A stretch of 64,000 nt of DNA from Acidobacteriota bacterium (GCA_965263035.1 OZ253580.1:768001-832000), one strand, 5' to 3'; counted from the stretch's first letter, positions 1-10,834 are shown. The notes: generated by a model from the sequence alone, not told the origin. A program made the numbers and translations.

Positions 1-75
1 GGCAGCGGTTGTAGACGGCGGCGGCACCAGACAGGCGAGTACCAACAGGACTCCAAGGTGGACACCACTTTTCAT
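1..75 (-). CDS. 5' end of a probable secreted protein (runs off the left edge)
   Basis: Hand translation from ATG at 75: MKSGVHLGVLLVLACLVPPPSTTAA, signal-peptide-like, same strand as the upstream ceramidase-like gene. Confidence 0.5.
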   Translation of the reverse strand, partial: MKSGVHLGVLLVLACLVPPPSTTAA

Positions 76-144
76 GACTGGAACTCTGAAGTCGATTGGT
101 TCAATCCTATTGGTTATGCAAACCCGGTTCAACTCGCTACCGGA

Positions 145-1467
145 TCACTCCCGTCCGGGTAGCGCCCAGACGGCGTTCAAGACCCCGCCGGTAAAGTCTT
201 CTTCGGCCTGCTCGGTATACGGGGAAATGCGGGGCTCGAAGCCTCCTTCGGCGAACGCCTTTCGGGTGGTCAGATAACCGAGGTAGCCATTGTTCAACCC
301 ATAGAAGAAGGTGTAGGGGAACGGAGATTGGTCTCGGACCTTCATGGCGATCTCGCCGAAGAGTTCCAGCGGTGCCGCCCAGAGCAGGATCTCCCGATTG
401 ATCTTGAGGAAGTCGACCGGGATCCTCACCAGCGTCACCCCGTCATCGGTTTCTCGCTTCAAGCCGCGCATCGCCTCCTGATACCAAACGGTCTGCTTCT
501 CCTTGAGCGGGGTCTCGATCATGGTTCGTCCTGTCCACAGCCTGACCTCTGTCGTCGTTGCCGCCACCGATCGATTGGCCGCCAGAATTCGATCGCCCAA
601 GAGAACTTTGAACTGGCTGAGGTGATTCAGTCCCTGGTTCTTCGCATGAGGCATGGTGATGGTGCTGTAGATGGGAGCGACATCCCCCTCGGCGCCACTC
701 ATCAACAGGAGGGGGGCTCCGGTCTTCTCTTCGACATACTCGGCGACGACCCCCTGGGCATCTCCGCTGATCAAGAGGAACTCCGGACCGTTCACCGGCA
801 GGACGGTACCGTGCATGGCATAACTCGCGATCAGAGCCAGTAGGGATCCGTCTGCTCGTTCCAGACGGATCAGTCCGATTTGCCGATCCACCGGACCCTC
901 GGGATTCAATCCGACATAGGGCACACTGCCGTCGATCTCCCGGGGCCGCCGGTTGATGTTGGCCATGGACATCCCGGTCGCCACGCCGAGGCGAGCCGGC
1001 TCCAGTTTCTTTCGGGCCTCCACAATGGCGTCGATCAGTGCTCTCTTGAGCCAGGCGGAGTAGTCCGGGTTGGCCTTGAACGTGCCCGAATCCTCAGGTT
1101 CGAGGCCGACCTGAGGGCCGGAATGAGTTTGGGTTGTATTCCACCAGACCTGTTCCGGCAGGATCCCAGTCTCCCTCGCCAGCCTTTGGGAGAACTCGCG
1201 GTAGACATCATAACGGACTATGGCCAGATCGCTGGAGATCAGAAAGACCTGGGTCTCGCCGTCGTCCAGGGCAACGACCCGATGGTAGATCCGATCCAAC
1301 ACCCCCTCCGAGGGACCCGGTCTCGGATAGGCCTGCATCAGCACAGGCTTGCCGGGAGTGATGTCGACCTTTACACAAGAGGCACGCAGCTTCCCGGCCA
1401 GACCTTGCTCGATGCTGCCGGAGCTAAAGAAGATCAGTCCCAGAACAAGCGTTGAAAATCGATGCAT
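145..1467 (-). CDS. Neutral/alkaline non-lysosomal ceramidase-like hydrolase, secreted
   Basis: Motifs KVDITP, TQTHSGP, NINRR, YAMHGT, ISGD, GAEGD, NGYLGY, EGGFE. Start moved to ATG 1467 (MHRFSTLVLGLIFF, signal peptide) so it no longer overlaps the divergent gene. Confidence 0.75.
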   Translation of the reverse strand: MHRFSTLVLGLIFFSSGSIEQGLAGKLRASCVKVDITPGKPVLMQAYPRPGPSEGVLDRIYHRVVALDDGETQVFLISSDLAIVRYDVYREFSQRLARETGILPEQVWWNTTQTHSGPQVGLEPEDSGTFKANPDYSAWLKRALIDAIVEARKKLEPARLGVATGMSMANINRRPREIDGSVPYVGLNPEGPVDRQIGLIRLERADGSLLALIASYAMHGTVLPVNGPEFLLISGDAQGVVAEYVEEKTGAPLLLMSGAEGDVAPIYSTITMPHAKNQGLNHLSQFKVLLGDRILAANRSVAATTTEVRLWTGRTMIETPLKEKQTVWYQEAMRGLKRETDDGVTLVRIPVDFLKINREILLWAAPLELFGEIAMKVRDQSPFPYTFFYGLNNGYLGYLTTRKAFAEGGFEPRISPYTEQAEEDFTGGVLNAVWALPGRE

Positions 1468-1638
1468 GGAAAGTCTCCTGACTGCTGGACAACGACCATC
1501 GGCAAGGGGGCGGCACCGGTGATATATTCTGATGACTCTGAAACCAGAAAACAGCTGTTCGAGCAACATCTTTGGCGGCCCCTTGCCGCCTGGAACGAAG
1601 TCAACGCAAAACCGGTCCACTTCCAGGAGGACGGCTTG

Positions 1639-3423
1639 ATGTTCAAGGCGAAGGCCAGCCTACGATCCAGTATAGTGACGATGGTGTCTTCCTCTCTACT
1701 GTTTACGGTCTTCGGCTGTGGACAGGCCGAGCCCTCGCAACCCGGGCACAAGGTCGTTTTTTCGCTCGACGCCAAGGTGCCGATGCGGGATGGAGTCCAG
1801 CTTTCGGCTGACATCTACCGGCCGGATGCACCCGGCCCGTTCCCGACACTGATGTTGATGACCGCCTACAACAACATGCGCCCGGACGTGGTGCGCCGGG
1901 CGGTCTATTTTGCCGAGAGGGGCTACGCCGCGGTCTTGGTGGATCTCCGCGGCCGTCACGACTCCGAAGGAATCTGGCACCCCTATGTCAATGATCCGCA
2001 GGACGGATTCGACACTCAGAAGTGGCTCGCCGAGCAGAGCTGGTGCAACGGGAAGATCGGGACCTTCGGACATTCCTATGACGGCTTCACGCAGGTGATG
2101 CCGGCCCGTTACCAGCATCCCAACCTGAAAGCCTTGATGCCGAGCGCCAATCAGGAGACCAACTTCGGCCACCTATACAACGACGGCATTCCCCAACTGA
2201 ACGTGATCTTCGTGGCCGAGTTCCTCTGGGTCAATCGAGGCATGGCCTTCTGGCCGGGCATCTTCGACGAGCCTTTGATGGATTGGAACGAGATCTTCTC
2301 GCGGCTCCCCCTTTACACCGCGCTGGACGAGATGGTGGATCGTCCCTGGGTCAAGACGCTGCTGGATCACCCCACCTACGACGACTACTGGAAGTCCTAT
2401 GGGACCAAAGGAAAGTACGACAAGATTCTGGTCCCGGCCTACTTCCTGACGGGTTGGTACGACAATCTGGAACATGAGATCTGGAGGCAGTTCATCGGCT
2501 TCCGGAAAGAGGGAGGCTCGGAGTTGACCCGGAAGCAGACCAAGATCCTGGTCGGCCCCTGGTCCCATGCCTACAATCAGACGTACGACAACTGGGTAGT
2601 CGATTTTGGGGAATCCGCCTCTCTCGACATCGAGGAGTTGCATGTCCGCTGGTATGACTTCTGGCTCAGGGACGTTCCCAACGGCATCGACCAGGAAGCC
2701 CCCATCCGGCTGTTCGTGATGCGCGCCAACAAATGGCGCGACGAGCACGAATGGCCATTGGCCCGCACCCAGTGGACCAAGTACTACCTCAACAGCGGCG
2801 GCGCAGCCAACTCCGACCGGGACGACGGCACTCTGGGGACTTCACGGCCGCCTGCCGGTGCTCCTCAGGACAGCTTCCAATACGATCCCGCCAACCCCGT
2901 CCCCACCGTGGGAGGACAGACCGAGTTTCCGCCCGACCAGAGAGGGCCTCAGGATCGCCGCCCCGTTCAGAAGCGGGACGACGTCCTGATCTATAGCAGT
3001 GAGCCCTTGACCCAAAAGCTGGAGGTCACCGGTCCCATCGAGTTGAAGCTCTATGCCGCTTCCAGCGCCGTCGACACCGATTTCACTGCCGTCCTGACCG
3101 AGGTGTTGGCGGATGGAACGGCAATTCACATCAGTGAGGGGATCCGGCGGGCCAGCTTCCGGGAATCGTTGGAAAATCCGACCTTGATCGAACCCGGAAG
3201 GGTCTACGAGATCCCAATCGAGATCTGGGAGACGAGTTGGGAGTTTCAGGCGGGAAGCCGGATCCGGCTGGAGGTTTCCAGCAGCAACTTCCCGCGCTTC
3301 GCCAGAAACCTGAACACCGGCAATCCCCTGGGCAAGAGTGCGGAGATGAAGGTCGCGACCCAGACCATCTATCACGATGACCGCTACCCGTCTCATGTGG
3401 TCCTGCCGATCATTCCCGACTGA
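1639..3423 (+). CDS. CocE/NonD family serine hydrolase (peptidase S15-like), probable lipoprotein
   Basis: VPMRDGVQLSADIYRP, DLRGRHDSEG, nucleophile elbow GHSYDG, GWYD, GPWSH, C-terminal SSSNFPRFARNLNTG. AGGAGG at 1625-1630 precedes ATG 1639; lipobox-like VFGC. Confidence 0.9.
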   Translation: MFKAKASLRSSIVTMVSSSLLFTVFGCGQAEPSQPGHKVVFSLDAKVPMRDGVQLSADIYRPDAPGPFPTLMLMTAYNNMRPDVVRRAVYFAERGYAAVLVDLRGRHDSEGIWHPYVNDPQDGFDTQKWLAEQSWCNGKIGTFGHSYDGFTQVMPARYQHPNLKALMPSANQETNFGHLYNDGIPQLNVIFVAEFLWVNRGMAFWPGIFDEPLMDWNEIFSRLPLYTALDEMVDRPWVKTLLDHPTYDDYWKSYGTKGKYDKILVPAYFLTGWYDNLEHEIWRQFIGFRKEGGSELTRKQTKILVGPWSHAYNQTYDNWVVDFGESASLDIEELHVRWYDFWLRDVPNGIDQEAPIRLFVMRANKWRDEHEWPLARTQWTKYYLNSGGAANSDRDDGTLGTSRPPAGAPQDSFQYDPANPVPTVGGQTEFPPDQRGPQDRRPVQKRDDVLIYSSEPLTQKLEVTGPIELKLYAASSAVDTDFTAVLTEVLADGTAIHISEGIRRASFRESLENPTLIEPGRVYEIPIEIWETSWEFQAGSRIRLEVSSSNFPRFARNLNTGNPLGKSAEMKVATQTIYHDDRYPSHVVLPIIPD

Positions 3424-3462
3424 TTGGAATTCGGATGGATGCCGGTTCCGATCCGACCGGCG

Positions 3463-4659
3463 TCACAGGCGAGTCAGGCTTTTTCGCAACGCGTCCAGAA
3501 ACTGGGCGGCCTCGGCGCCGTCGACGACGCGATGATCCGCCGCCAGCGTGAGCGACATCTCGGGCCGGATTCCGATCATCCCTTGGTTCACGAAGGGTCG
3601 TTCCCGGATCTCTCCGACGGCCAGCAGCGCACTCTGGGGGGGATTGATCAGGCCGTTGAACTCGCGGATCCCATACATGCCGAGGTTGCTCAGAGTGAAG
3701 GTGCCCCCGGCGAATTCCTCGGGAAGGACTTTCCCCGCTCTGGCGCGACTCACCAGATCAACCAGTCGCTCATCGATTTCGCCGATGGTTCCGGAAGCGC
3801 AATCACGCAGGACGGGGACGAGCAGTCCTCGATCCGTGGCCACCGCAACATTGATGTTCACATCGCGGTGGATCTCGATGTGATCCTCCTTCCAGGAGGC
3901 ATTGAAACGAGGATATCGCTTCAGCAATTCCGCCAGCACCTTGACCAACAACGCGGTCATCGAGATCCCCTGGCCGGTCTGCCGGCGTTGCCGGTACGCC
4001 TTCAGCAGTGCGCCGGCGTCGGCATCCACGGTCAGATGGAACTGAGGGATGGTCGTGGCGCTCTCGATCATTCGCTGGGCCACCACACGCCTTAGTTGTG
4101 AGAGTTCCTCCCGCTCCGTTTCGGGTCCACTGCCAGGGGCCAAGGCTGCTGCGACGGGTGGGGAGACACCGATCACTCGCTCCACGTCGGCCCTGACGAT
4201 CCGGCCTCTCGGGCCGGTACCCCGGATCCGGCCCAGATCGATGCCATGCTTCCGGGCCAGACGCCGGGCTGCGGGCGCCGCGCGCACATTGGGCTCGGCT
4301 GAGAGCCTGGTCGAGCGGGCCGGGCGCCGCGGTACGACCGGAGCTTCCGGAACGCCTTCCGTGGCGGGACCCGTCTTCGTCGATCCGGCGGAAGTTGGAC
4401 CCGGAACAGGAGATTCGCCGGCGGCGGTCTCGTCCTCGACGACGGCCAGAAGCTGTGCGACGGAGACGTGACCTTCGTCGACACAAATCTCTCGCAAGAT
4501 CCCGGTGGCCGGGGAATCCAACTCCACCGCTGCTTTTTCGGTTTCGACCAGGACTAGGGATTCACCCGCTTGAACGGCGTCCCCTATCTTCTTCAGCCAC
4601 CGAATGACCGTGCCTCCGGCATCGGAGATGCCGTATGCGGGCATTCTGAGATCGGTCAT
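3463..4659 (-). CDS. Dihydrolipoamide acyltransferase (E2) of a 2-oxoacid/acetoin dehydrogenase complex
   Basis: Lipoyl domain VETEKAAVEL, E3/E1-binding domain AAPAARRLARKHGIDL..GTGPRGRI, catalytic DHRVVDG. Confidence 0.92.
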   Translation of the reverse strand: MTDLRMPAYGISDAGGTVIRWLKKIGDAVQAGESLVLVETEKAAVELDSPATGILREICVDEGHVSVAQLLAVVEDETAAGESPVPGPTSAGSTKTGPATEGVPEAPVVPRRPARSTRLSAEPNVRAAPAARRLARKHGIDLGRIRGTGPRGRIVRADVERVIGVSPPVAAALAPGSGPETEREELSQLRRVVAQRMIESATTIPQFHLTVDADAGALLKAYRQRRQTGQGISMTALLVKVLAELLKRYPRFNASWKEDHIEIHRDVNINVAVATDRGLLVPVLRDCASGTIGEIDERLVDLVSRARAGKVLPEEFAGGTFTLSNLGMYGIREFNGLINPPQSALLAVGEIRERPFVNQGMIGIRPEMSLTLAADHRVVDGAEAAQFLDALRKSLTRL

Positions 4660-4718
4660 GGCGAATCACCTTTGCCCAGCGGCGTCCGTGAGATCAAAAC
4701 GATTGCTCCGTGGCGAAC

Positions 4719-6695
4719 TCAAAGGTCAAGCTGCTCCCGAACCGCCGCTTTCAGCAGCTCAGCGTTGGGAATCAACTCTTTCTCCAAGGCCGGAGAGAAC
4801 GGAATAGGCGTATGTTGCATTCCCAGTGCGACGACCGGGGCGTCCAGCCAATCAAATGCCGCTTCTCCGATCTCGCTGGCCAGGCAGGCGGCAAAAGAGC
4901 CTTGGCGGGGAGCCTCGTTCAAGACCACCGCTGTGCGTGTTTTTCTGACTGAGGAAACGATGGTTTCCATATCGAGGGGCACGATAGTCCGGGGATCGAT
5001 CACCTCCAGTTCGACGTTCTCCCGCCGCGACAGATCGTCGGCGGCCTTGAGAGCCTCCTGGACCATCGCTCCCGTGGCCACTACGGTGACGTCATCCCCC
5101 GGGCGACGGATGACCGCTTCCCCGAAGGGAATCGCATAGTCGATCTCGGGGACCGGACCTTTGGTCTGGTAGAGCAGCTTGTGCTCCAGGAACAGGACCG
5201 GATTGTCATCCCGGATCGCGGTCTTCAGCAGACCCTTGGCATCGTAGGGTGTGGTCGGCATGACCAACTTCAATCCGGGAACGTGGTAGAGCCAGGCCTC
5301 CAGACTTTGGGAATGGGTCGCGCTGCCGCTGCCGCCCGCGCCGGTCGCCGTCCGAATCACCACCGGCACCTTGACCTGGCCGCCGGTCATGTAGTGGAGC
5401 TTGGCCCCGAGATTGACGATCTGGTCCATGGCCAGGGTCGTGAAATCCACGTACATCAATTCAACGACGACCCGATAGCCGCGCACGGCCGCCCCGATCC
5501 CCACTCCGGTGAAGGAATTCTCCGAGATCGGCGTATCTCTGACGCGATCCTTGAACCGGCGGGCCAGGCCGCGAGTGACTCCGAACAACCCTCCCAGGAT
5601 TTCAACGTCTTCTCCAATGACGATCGAACGATCGTCAGTTGTCATCTCCTCCCGGAGGGCTTCGTTGAGAGCCTGGGTGTACGTGATCTCGCGGTTGCCT
5701 GCCGGCGGCTCAGGCCGGGGGGGAACGTAAGCCGGCGAATAGACCTCCGTGGTGGCTTCGGACGGATCCGGCCATTCCGAATCCAAAGCAAAGCGAAGGG
5801 CGTCTTCCACCCGAACGCGCACACGAGCGCGAATGGCCTCGTCCTCTTCCTCCGTGAGGACTTTCGTCTGCTCGCGACGGAGGCGGTCGATGGGATCGCG
5901 TTGCTTCCATTCCTTGACCTCCGCCGCCGGCGCCGGGTGCAGGGCGGGCGGAAAGACGGTGGCGTGCGGTTCGTAACGGAACGTATTGCAGACGATCAGG
6001 GACGGACCCTTGCCGTCCCGGGCCTCCCCCACCGCTCTCTTGGCGGCCTCATGCACCGCGGCGAAATCGTTCCCGTCCACAGTGAATCCGGGCATCCCAT
6101 AGGAACCGGCCCGTACTGCCAAGTCCTTGACTGAAGTCACGTTCGACGACTTCACCGTCATGGCGTAGCCGTTGTTCTCGCAGACGAAAACGACGGGAAG
6201 CTTCCAAGCCGCGGCCAGATTGAGCCCCTCGTGAAAGGTCCCCTGGTTGGCGGCTCCGTCGCCGAAAAAGCAGACGGTGACGCAGCTGTCCCGGCCCACT
6301 TGGCTGGCCAGGCCGCTTCCGACCGCAAGCGGGATTCCGCCGCCCACGACACTGACCGCTCCCAACATCCCGATCTTGAGATCGATGACGTGCATCTCGC
6401 CGCCCTTGCCCTTGCAGTAGCCGGTGGCTTTACCGGCAAATTCGGCCATTGAGCGGCGTAGATCGGCCCCCTTGGCGATGAGGTGGCCATGGCCCCGGTG
6501 CGTGCTGGTGATGAAGTCATCCCGCTCCAGTGCCTGGCAGACTCCAACCGCAACCGCCTCCTGTCCCTGATAGGTGTGGGCGTGGCGAGGGAAATTTCCG
6601 CCCCGGAACTGGCGAGTCACCTCTTCCTCAAACGCCCGAATGATCAACATGTCTTCGTAGGCCGTTATTGCCAGCGATCCGTCAATCTTTTCCAT
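4719..6695 (-). CDS. Fused E1 alpha/beta TPP-dependent 2-oxoacid/acetoin dehydrogenase
   Basis: Alpha part: STHRGHGH, GKGGEMH, TPP motif GDGAANQGTFHEGLN...CENN. Beta part: GEDV, DTPISE, HSQSLEA, FLEHK. Start taken at ATG 6695 (MEKIDG). Confidence 0.9.
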   Translation of the reverse strand: MEKIDGSLAITAYEDMLIIRAFEEEVTRQFRGGNFPRHAHTYQGQEAVAVGVCQALERDDFITSTHRGHGHLIAKGADLRRSMAEFAGKATGYCKGKGGEMHVIDLKIGMLGAVSVVGGGIPLAVGSGLASQVGRDSCVTVCFFGDGAANQGTFHEGLNLAAAWKLPVVFVCENNGYAMTVKSSNVTSVKDLAVRAGSYGMPGFTVDGNDFAAVHEAAKRAVGEARDGKGPSLIVCNTFRYEPHATVFPPALHPAPAAEVKEWKQRDPIDRLRREQTKVLTEEEDEAIRARVRVRVEDALRFALDSEWPDPSEATTEVYSPAYVPPRPEPPAGNREITYTQALNEALREEMTTDDRSIVIGEDVEILGGLFGVTRGLARRFKDRVRDTPISENSFTGVGIGAAVRGYRVVVELMYVDFTTLAMDQIVNLGAKLHYMTGGQVKVPVVIRTATGAGGSGSATHSQSLEAWLYHVPGLKLVMPTTPYDAKGLLKTAIRDDNPVLFLEHKLLYQTKGPVPEIDYAIPFGEAVIRRPGDDVTVVATGAMVQEALKAADDLSRRENVELEVIDPRTIVPLDMETIVSSVRKTRTAVVLNEAPRQGSFAACLASEIGEAAFDWLDAPVVALGMQHTPIPFSPALEKELIPNAELLKAAVREQLDL

Positions 6696-7002
6696 GTCTG
6701 ATCGGCTTCCAGCGAACGTGGCGTCTATTTTTCCAATGCAACGGCGTTGAGGGCCGGCAAGACCCGCTGTCGATCTACGTGCAATTCGTATCCTGCGCCG
6801 CGGCAAAAGGATAGCGTAGTGGTGTTGGATCTACTATGCCTGGTCCGGGTCCAGGACGCCGGCAGCGGAGACCTTCTCTTGAACCGTCTCCCGGTGCAAG
6901 TTAGGCTACTCTGCCACGGTGAACGCCTGTTGGAGATGAAGACCCTGCACACGATCCAGCAAGACACCCAAGATAATCACTAATCCTGTTTGTCATCCAA
7001 CT

Positions 7003-9117
7003 ATGAGTGAGCAACACGGACACATCCGGATTGGCGCCGACGTTGGCGGTACGTTTACAGACGTGATCCTGCTGGACGCCGAGGGCAGAATCTGGAGCCA
7101 GAAGGTGCCGTCGACTCCCCCCGACTTCGAGCAGGCGGTCCTGCTTGCCAGCGCGAGTCTTCTGCGCGAGAGCGAAACCGGCGGTCCCGCCGTGACTCAG
7201 GTCGCTCACGGAACCACGGTGGCCACCAACGCCGTCCTGGAGCATCGGGGCGCCAAGACGGCCCTGATCACCACCAAGGGCTTCCGGGACGTGCTGGAGT
7301 TGCGCCGCATCCGGGCTCCCCAGATCTACGACGTGTTTTTCGACAAACCCAAGATTCTGGTCGAACGCTATCTCCGTTTCGAGGTCGACGAGCGGATTGC
7401 GGCCGACGGCACCGTCCTGGTGCCGCTGGATGAAGCCGATTTGTGGCGTATCAAGGAGCAGTTCGAGGCCGAGGCGGTCGAGTCCATCGCCGTCTGTTTC
7501 ATTCATTCGTACGCGCATCCCCAGCATGAGATGGTCGTGGGCCGGTTTCTGCGCCGGCACTTTCCCCACACGCCCGTGTCGCTTTCGCACGAGGTGCTGC
7601 CGGAGCGCAAGGAGTACGAACGAACGGCAACCACAGTGGTCAACGCTTACGTGCGGCCCATCATGCACGTGTACCTGAATGCCCTGCGGCACGGGCTTCA
7701 CGATCTGGAAATCGATGCCCCGCTGCACATCATGCAGTCCGCAGGCGGATTGACGCCGGACGACAATGCGGCGCGGCGTCCGGTGTTCGTGCTGGAATCG
7801 GGCCCGGCGGCGGGAGTTCTGGCCGCAGGTTTTACCGCCCGCCGTCTGGGGATCGAAAACGTCGTGACACTGGACATGGGGGGAACCACAGCCAAAGCCT
7901 CCATGATCGAAGGCGGGAAGATCGACTACAGTCCGGAATACGAGGTCGGCTCCTCGCTCTCCGTCGTCAGCCGGCTCGTGGGCGGCGGCGGCGAGTTGAT
8001 TCGGGCGCCCAGCATCGATATCGCGGAGGTCGGCGCCGGTGGCGGGAGTATCGCCTACCTGGACAGAGCCGGTGGCCTCCGTGTCGGTCCGCGCAGTGCC
8101 GGCGCCGTGCCCGGCCCCGTCTGCTATCAACGGGGTGGCCAGGCACCCACCCTGACGGACGCCAACGTGGTCCTGGGTTACATCCGGCCCGGCGATCTGG
8201 CGGACGGCCAGGTCAGCATCGATCGCGAATCCGCCGAGAGAGCCATTACCGACCAGATCGCAGCGCCTCTGGGCCTGGATCTCATTCAGGCGGCCGAAGG
8301 CATCCATCGCATCGGAAATGCCCGCACCATGAGGGCCTTGCGGGCCGTCTCCACCGAACGCGGCCGCGATCCGCGCCATTTCGTGTTGATGGCGTTCGGG
8401 GGCTCCGGGCCGATCCATGCTGCGGGCCTGGCGCGTGAACTGGGCATCAGCCGAGTGATCGTTCCTGCGCTGCCGGGCCTGTTCAGCGCCTTGGGACTGC
8501 TCTTTTCGGGAATCGAGCACCACGACGTCCGGAGCTGTCTGCACTCCGGTTCGGATTTGACGGCAACGGCGCTTCGGAACGTGAGCGACGAGATGCGCCG
8601 GAGCATGCTGTCCCAGTTCAAGGCCGAAGGCTTTCCGGCCGAACAGGTCCGGCTGTCGGCCGCCTGTGACGTGCGCTTCAAGGGGCAGACCTCCGAGATT
8701 CGCTTGGAGATCACCGCAGGCGAGATCAGCGGCCACACCGTCCAAAACCTGTGCACTGATTTCGTCGCGGAGCACGAGAAACTCTACGGACACCGTTCCG
8801 ATCCCGACAATCCCATCGAAGTGGTGGCCGTCCGATTGATCGGCCGGGCCGGGGAGCCGCGTCAGGAGGGAGCCTTGAAGCCGGCCGAGTATCTGGGCGC
8901 CAGGGCGCCCAGCCGGAGGGCCTGTTTTTCCGGAACCGTGATGGATGCGCCCGTTCTGGGCCGAAGCGACCTGACAGACCCTCAAAATGGTCCCCTGTTG
9001 ATCGACGAATACGATTCGACCATCGTCGTACCGCCCGACGCCCGCGCCTGGCTGGACCCACAGGGGAATCTGAACCTGGAGTTCGTCGATGACCGAAATC
9101 GATCCCATCACTCGTGA
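7003..9117 (+). CDS. Hydantoinase A / 5-oxoprolinase family subunit
   Basis: DVGGTFTD, HGTTVATNAVLE, ESGPAAGV, DMGGTT, GAGGGS, GPRSAGAVPGPVCY, FGGSGPIH. Confidence 0.93.
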   Translation: MSEQHGHIRIGADVGGTFTDVILLDAEGRIWSQKVPSTPPDFEQAVLLASASLLRESETGGPAVTQVAHGTTVATNAVLEHRGAKTALITTKGFRDVLELRRIRAPQIYDVFFDKPKILVERYLRFEVDERIAADGTVLVPLDEADLWRIKEQFEAEAVESIAVCFIHSYAHPQHEMVVGRFLRRHFPHTPVSLSHEVLPERKEYERTATTVVNAYVRPIMHVYLNALRHGLHDLEIDAPLHIMQSAGGLTPDDNAARRPVFVLESGPAAGVLAAGFTARRLGIENVVTLDMGGTTAKASMIEGGKIDYSPEYEVGSSLSVVSRLVGGGGELIRAPSIDIAEVGAGGGSIAYLDRAGGLRVGPRSAGAVPGPVCYQRGGQAPTLTDANVVLGYIRPGDLADGQVSIDRESAERAITDQIAAPLGLDLIQAAEGIHRIGNARTMRALRAVSTERGRDPRHFVLMAFGGSGPIHAAGLARELGISRVIVPALPGLFSALGLLFSGIEHHDVRSCLHSGSDLTATALRNVSDEMRRSMLSQFKAEGFPAEQVRLSAACDVRFKGQTSEIRLEITAGEISGHTVQNLCTDFVAEHEKLYGHRSDPDNPIEVVAVRLIGRAGEPRQEGALKPAEYLGARAPSRRACFSGTVMDAPVLGRSDLTDPQNGPLLIDEYDSTIVVPPDARAWLDPQGNLNLEFVDDRNRSHHS

Positions 9118-10834
9118 AATCATTCAGAACGCCCTCTCGTCGGCCGCCGACGAAATGTCACTGGCGCTCTATCGGACCGCTTACTCCACGATCGTCCGGG
9201 ACTGTCTCGACTACTCCACCTCACTGTGCAACGCCCGAGGCGAGATGATCGCGCAAGGTGTGACGATCCCCCTGCATCTGGGATCGGTCCCCCACGCCAT
9301 GGAGACCCTGCTGGACAAGTACGGCGACGACATGGAGCCGGAGGACGTTTTCATCATGAACGATCCTTTCGGCGGAGGAATGCACATCCCCGACATCTAC
9401 GTCGTCAAGCCCATATTCATCGAGGGCCGTCGCGTTTCCTTTGCCGTCAGTACGGCCCATCACCTCGATCTGGGAGGACGTCTGCCCGGAAGCTCGGCGT
9501 GTGACAATACGGAGATTTTTCAGGAAGGATTCCGCATCCCCTGGCTCAAGCTCTACCACCAGGGGGAACCCGACGTGACGATCTTCGAGTTGATGCGAAC
9601 CAACGTCAGGGTTCCCGAACAGACCATCGGCGACCTCCGGGCCCAGGTCGCGGCCTGCAATATCGGTGCTCGCGCCATCCAGTCGCTGGTGGAGCGTCAC
9701 GGTCCCGAGACCTTTGCCGATTGTGCCGACGATCTCATCGCGTACACCGAGCGCCTGATGCGCGCCGAGATCGCCGCCTGGCCGGACGGCAGCAACACCT
9801 TCACCGATTACATGGACAGCGATGGTGTCGGTGGGCCCAGGGTGCGTATCCAGGTGAAGATCACTATCGAAGGCGACACCCTGACGGCCGATTTCACCGG
9901 AACCGCTCCGCAAGTCCGAGGTGCGCTCAACAGCACGCTCTCATTTACCGAAGGCGCGGTAGCCGTCTGTGTCCGCTGCGCGATGCGGGATGAGGTGCCC
10001 AATACCGCCGGCATGTTCAAGCCCCTGAACATCATCACCGAGCCCGGTACCGTGGTCGACGTCGTGATGCCCGGGGCCTCCTCGATGCGCGGCGTGACCG
10101 GCTTTCGCATGGTCGATGCGATTTTCGGTGCGCTGGCCGGGCTGCTGCCCGACCGGATTCTGGCCGCCGGCGAAGGAGGCAACACGTTGGTGGTGATCGG
10201 GGGGATGCGAAAGGACCGGTCGCCCTATGTCTACTACGAACTGATGACCGGAACTTGGGGCGGCCGTCCTGACCGCGACGGCAACGACGGCCTCTGTAAT
10301 CCCATCAACGTCGCCAGCAACATACCCGTAGAGCACGCCGAAACCGAGTACCCGCTCCGCATCCGGCGCTACGGCCTGGTGGGAGACTCGGGAGGTGCCG
10401 GAAGGTACCGCGGCGGCTTGGCCGTCGAACGGGAATGGGAGTTGCTGGAGGGCGAGACCCACTTGGCCATCCGTTCCGACCGGCGCGACCACCTGCCTTA
10501 TGGACTCTACTCGGGGAAACCTGGAACGGGTTCTCTCACCGTTCTGACCCGGGATGGAGACCAGGAAGTCCTTCCCGTCATGATTTCGAGCACGTTGAAG
10601 GAAGGCGACGTGCTCTACCATCGGCAGCCTGGGGGCGGTGGCTGGGGCGAACCCCTCGATCGGCCCCCGGAGGCCGTTCAGCGGGACGTCAAGAACGAGA
10701 AAGTGTCGATCCAAGCGGCTCGCGATGACTATGGCGTGGCTTTCGGCGACGATCTGGCCGTGGACCACAGGGCCACGGCAGTTCTGCGTCATCGGCTCCG
10801 CAATGAGAATTCGGTGGCCGTGCACGAATTGTGA
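9089..10834 (+). CDS. Hydantoinase B / 5-oxoprolinase family subunit
   Basis: DPITREII, RTAYS, NDPFGGGMHIPD, HHLDLGG, SGGAGRYRGG, PGGGGWG; overlaps the end of the A subunit. Confidence 0.93.
   Translation: MTEIDPITREIIQNALSSAADEMSLALYRTAYSTIVRDCLDYSTSLCNARGEMIAQGVTIPLHLGSVPHAMETLLDKYGDDMEPEDVFIMNDPFGGGMHIPDIYVVKPIFIEGRRVSFAVSTAHHLDLGGRLPGSSACDNTEIFQEGFRIPWLKLYHQGEPDVTIFELMRTNVRVPEQTIGDLRAQVAACNIGARAIQSLVERHGPETFADCADDLIAYTERLMRAEIAAWPDGSNTFTDYMDSDGVGGPRVRIQVKITIEGDTLTADFTGTAPQVRGALNSTLSFTEGAVAVCVRCAMRDEVPNTAGMFKPLNIITEPGTVVDVVMPGASSMRGVTGFRMVDAIFGALAGLLPDRILAAGEGGNTLVVIGGMRKDRSPYVYYELMTGTWGGRPDRDGNDGLCNPINVASNIPVEHAETEYPLRIRRYGLVGDSGGAGRYRGGLAVEREWELLEGETHLAIRSDRRDHLPYGLYSGKPGTGSLTVLTRDGDQEVLPVMISSTLKEGDVLYHRQPGGGGWGEPLDRPPEAVQRDVKNEKVSIQAARDDYGVAFGDDLAVDHRATAVLRHRLRNENSVAVHEL

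Noticed and set aside
6901-9123. 740-aa minus-strand ORF
   Set aside because: Antisense shadow of hydantoinase A; stop-poor reverse frames are expected in GC-rich DNA and no motifs are present.
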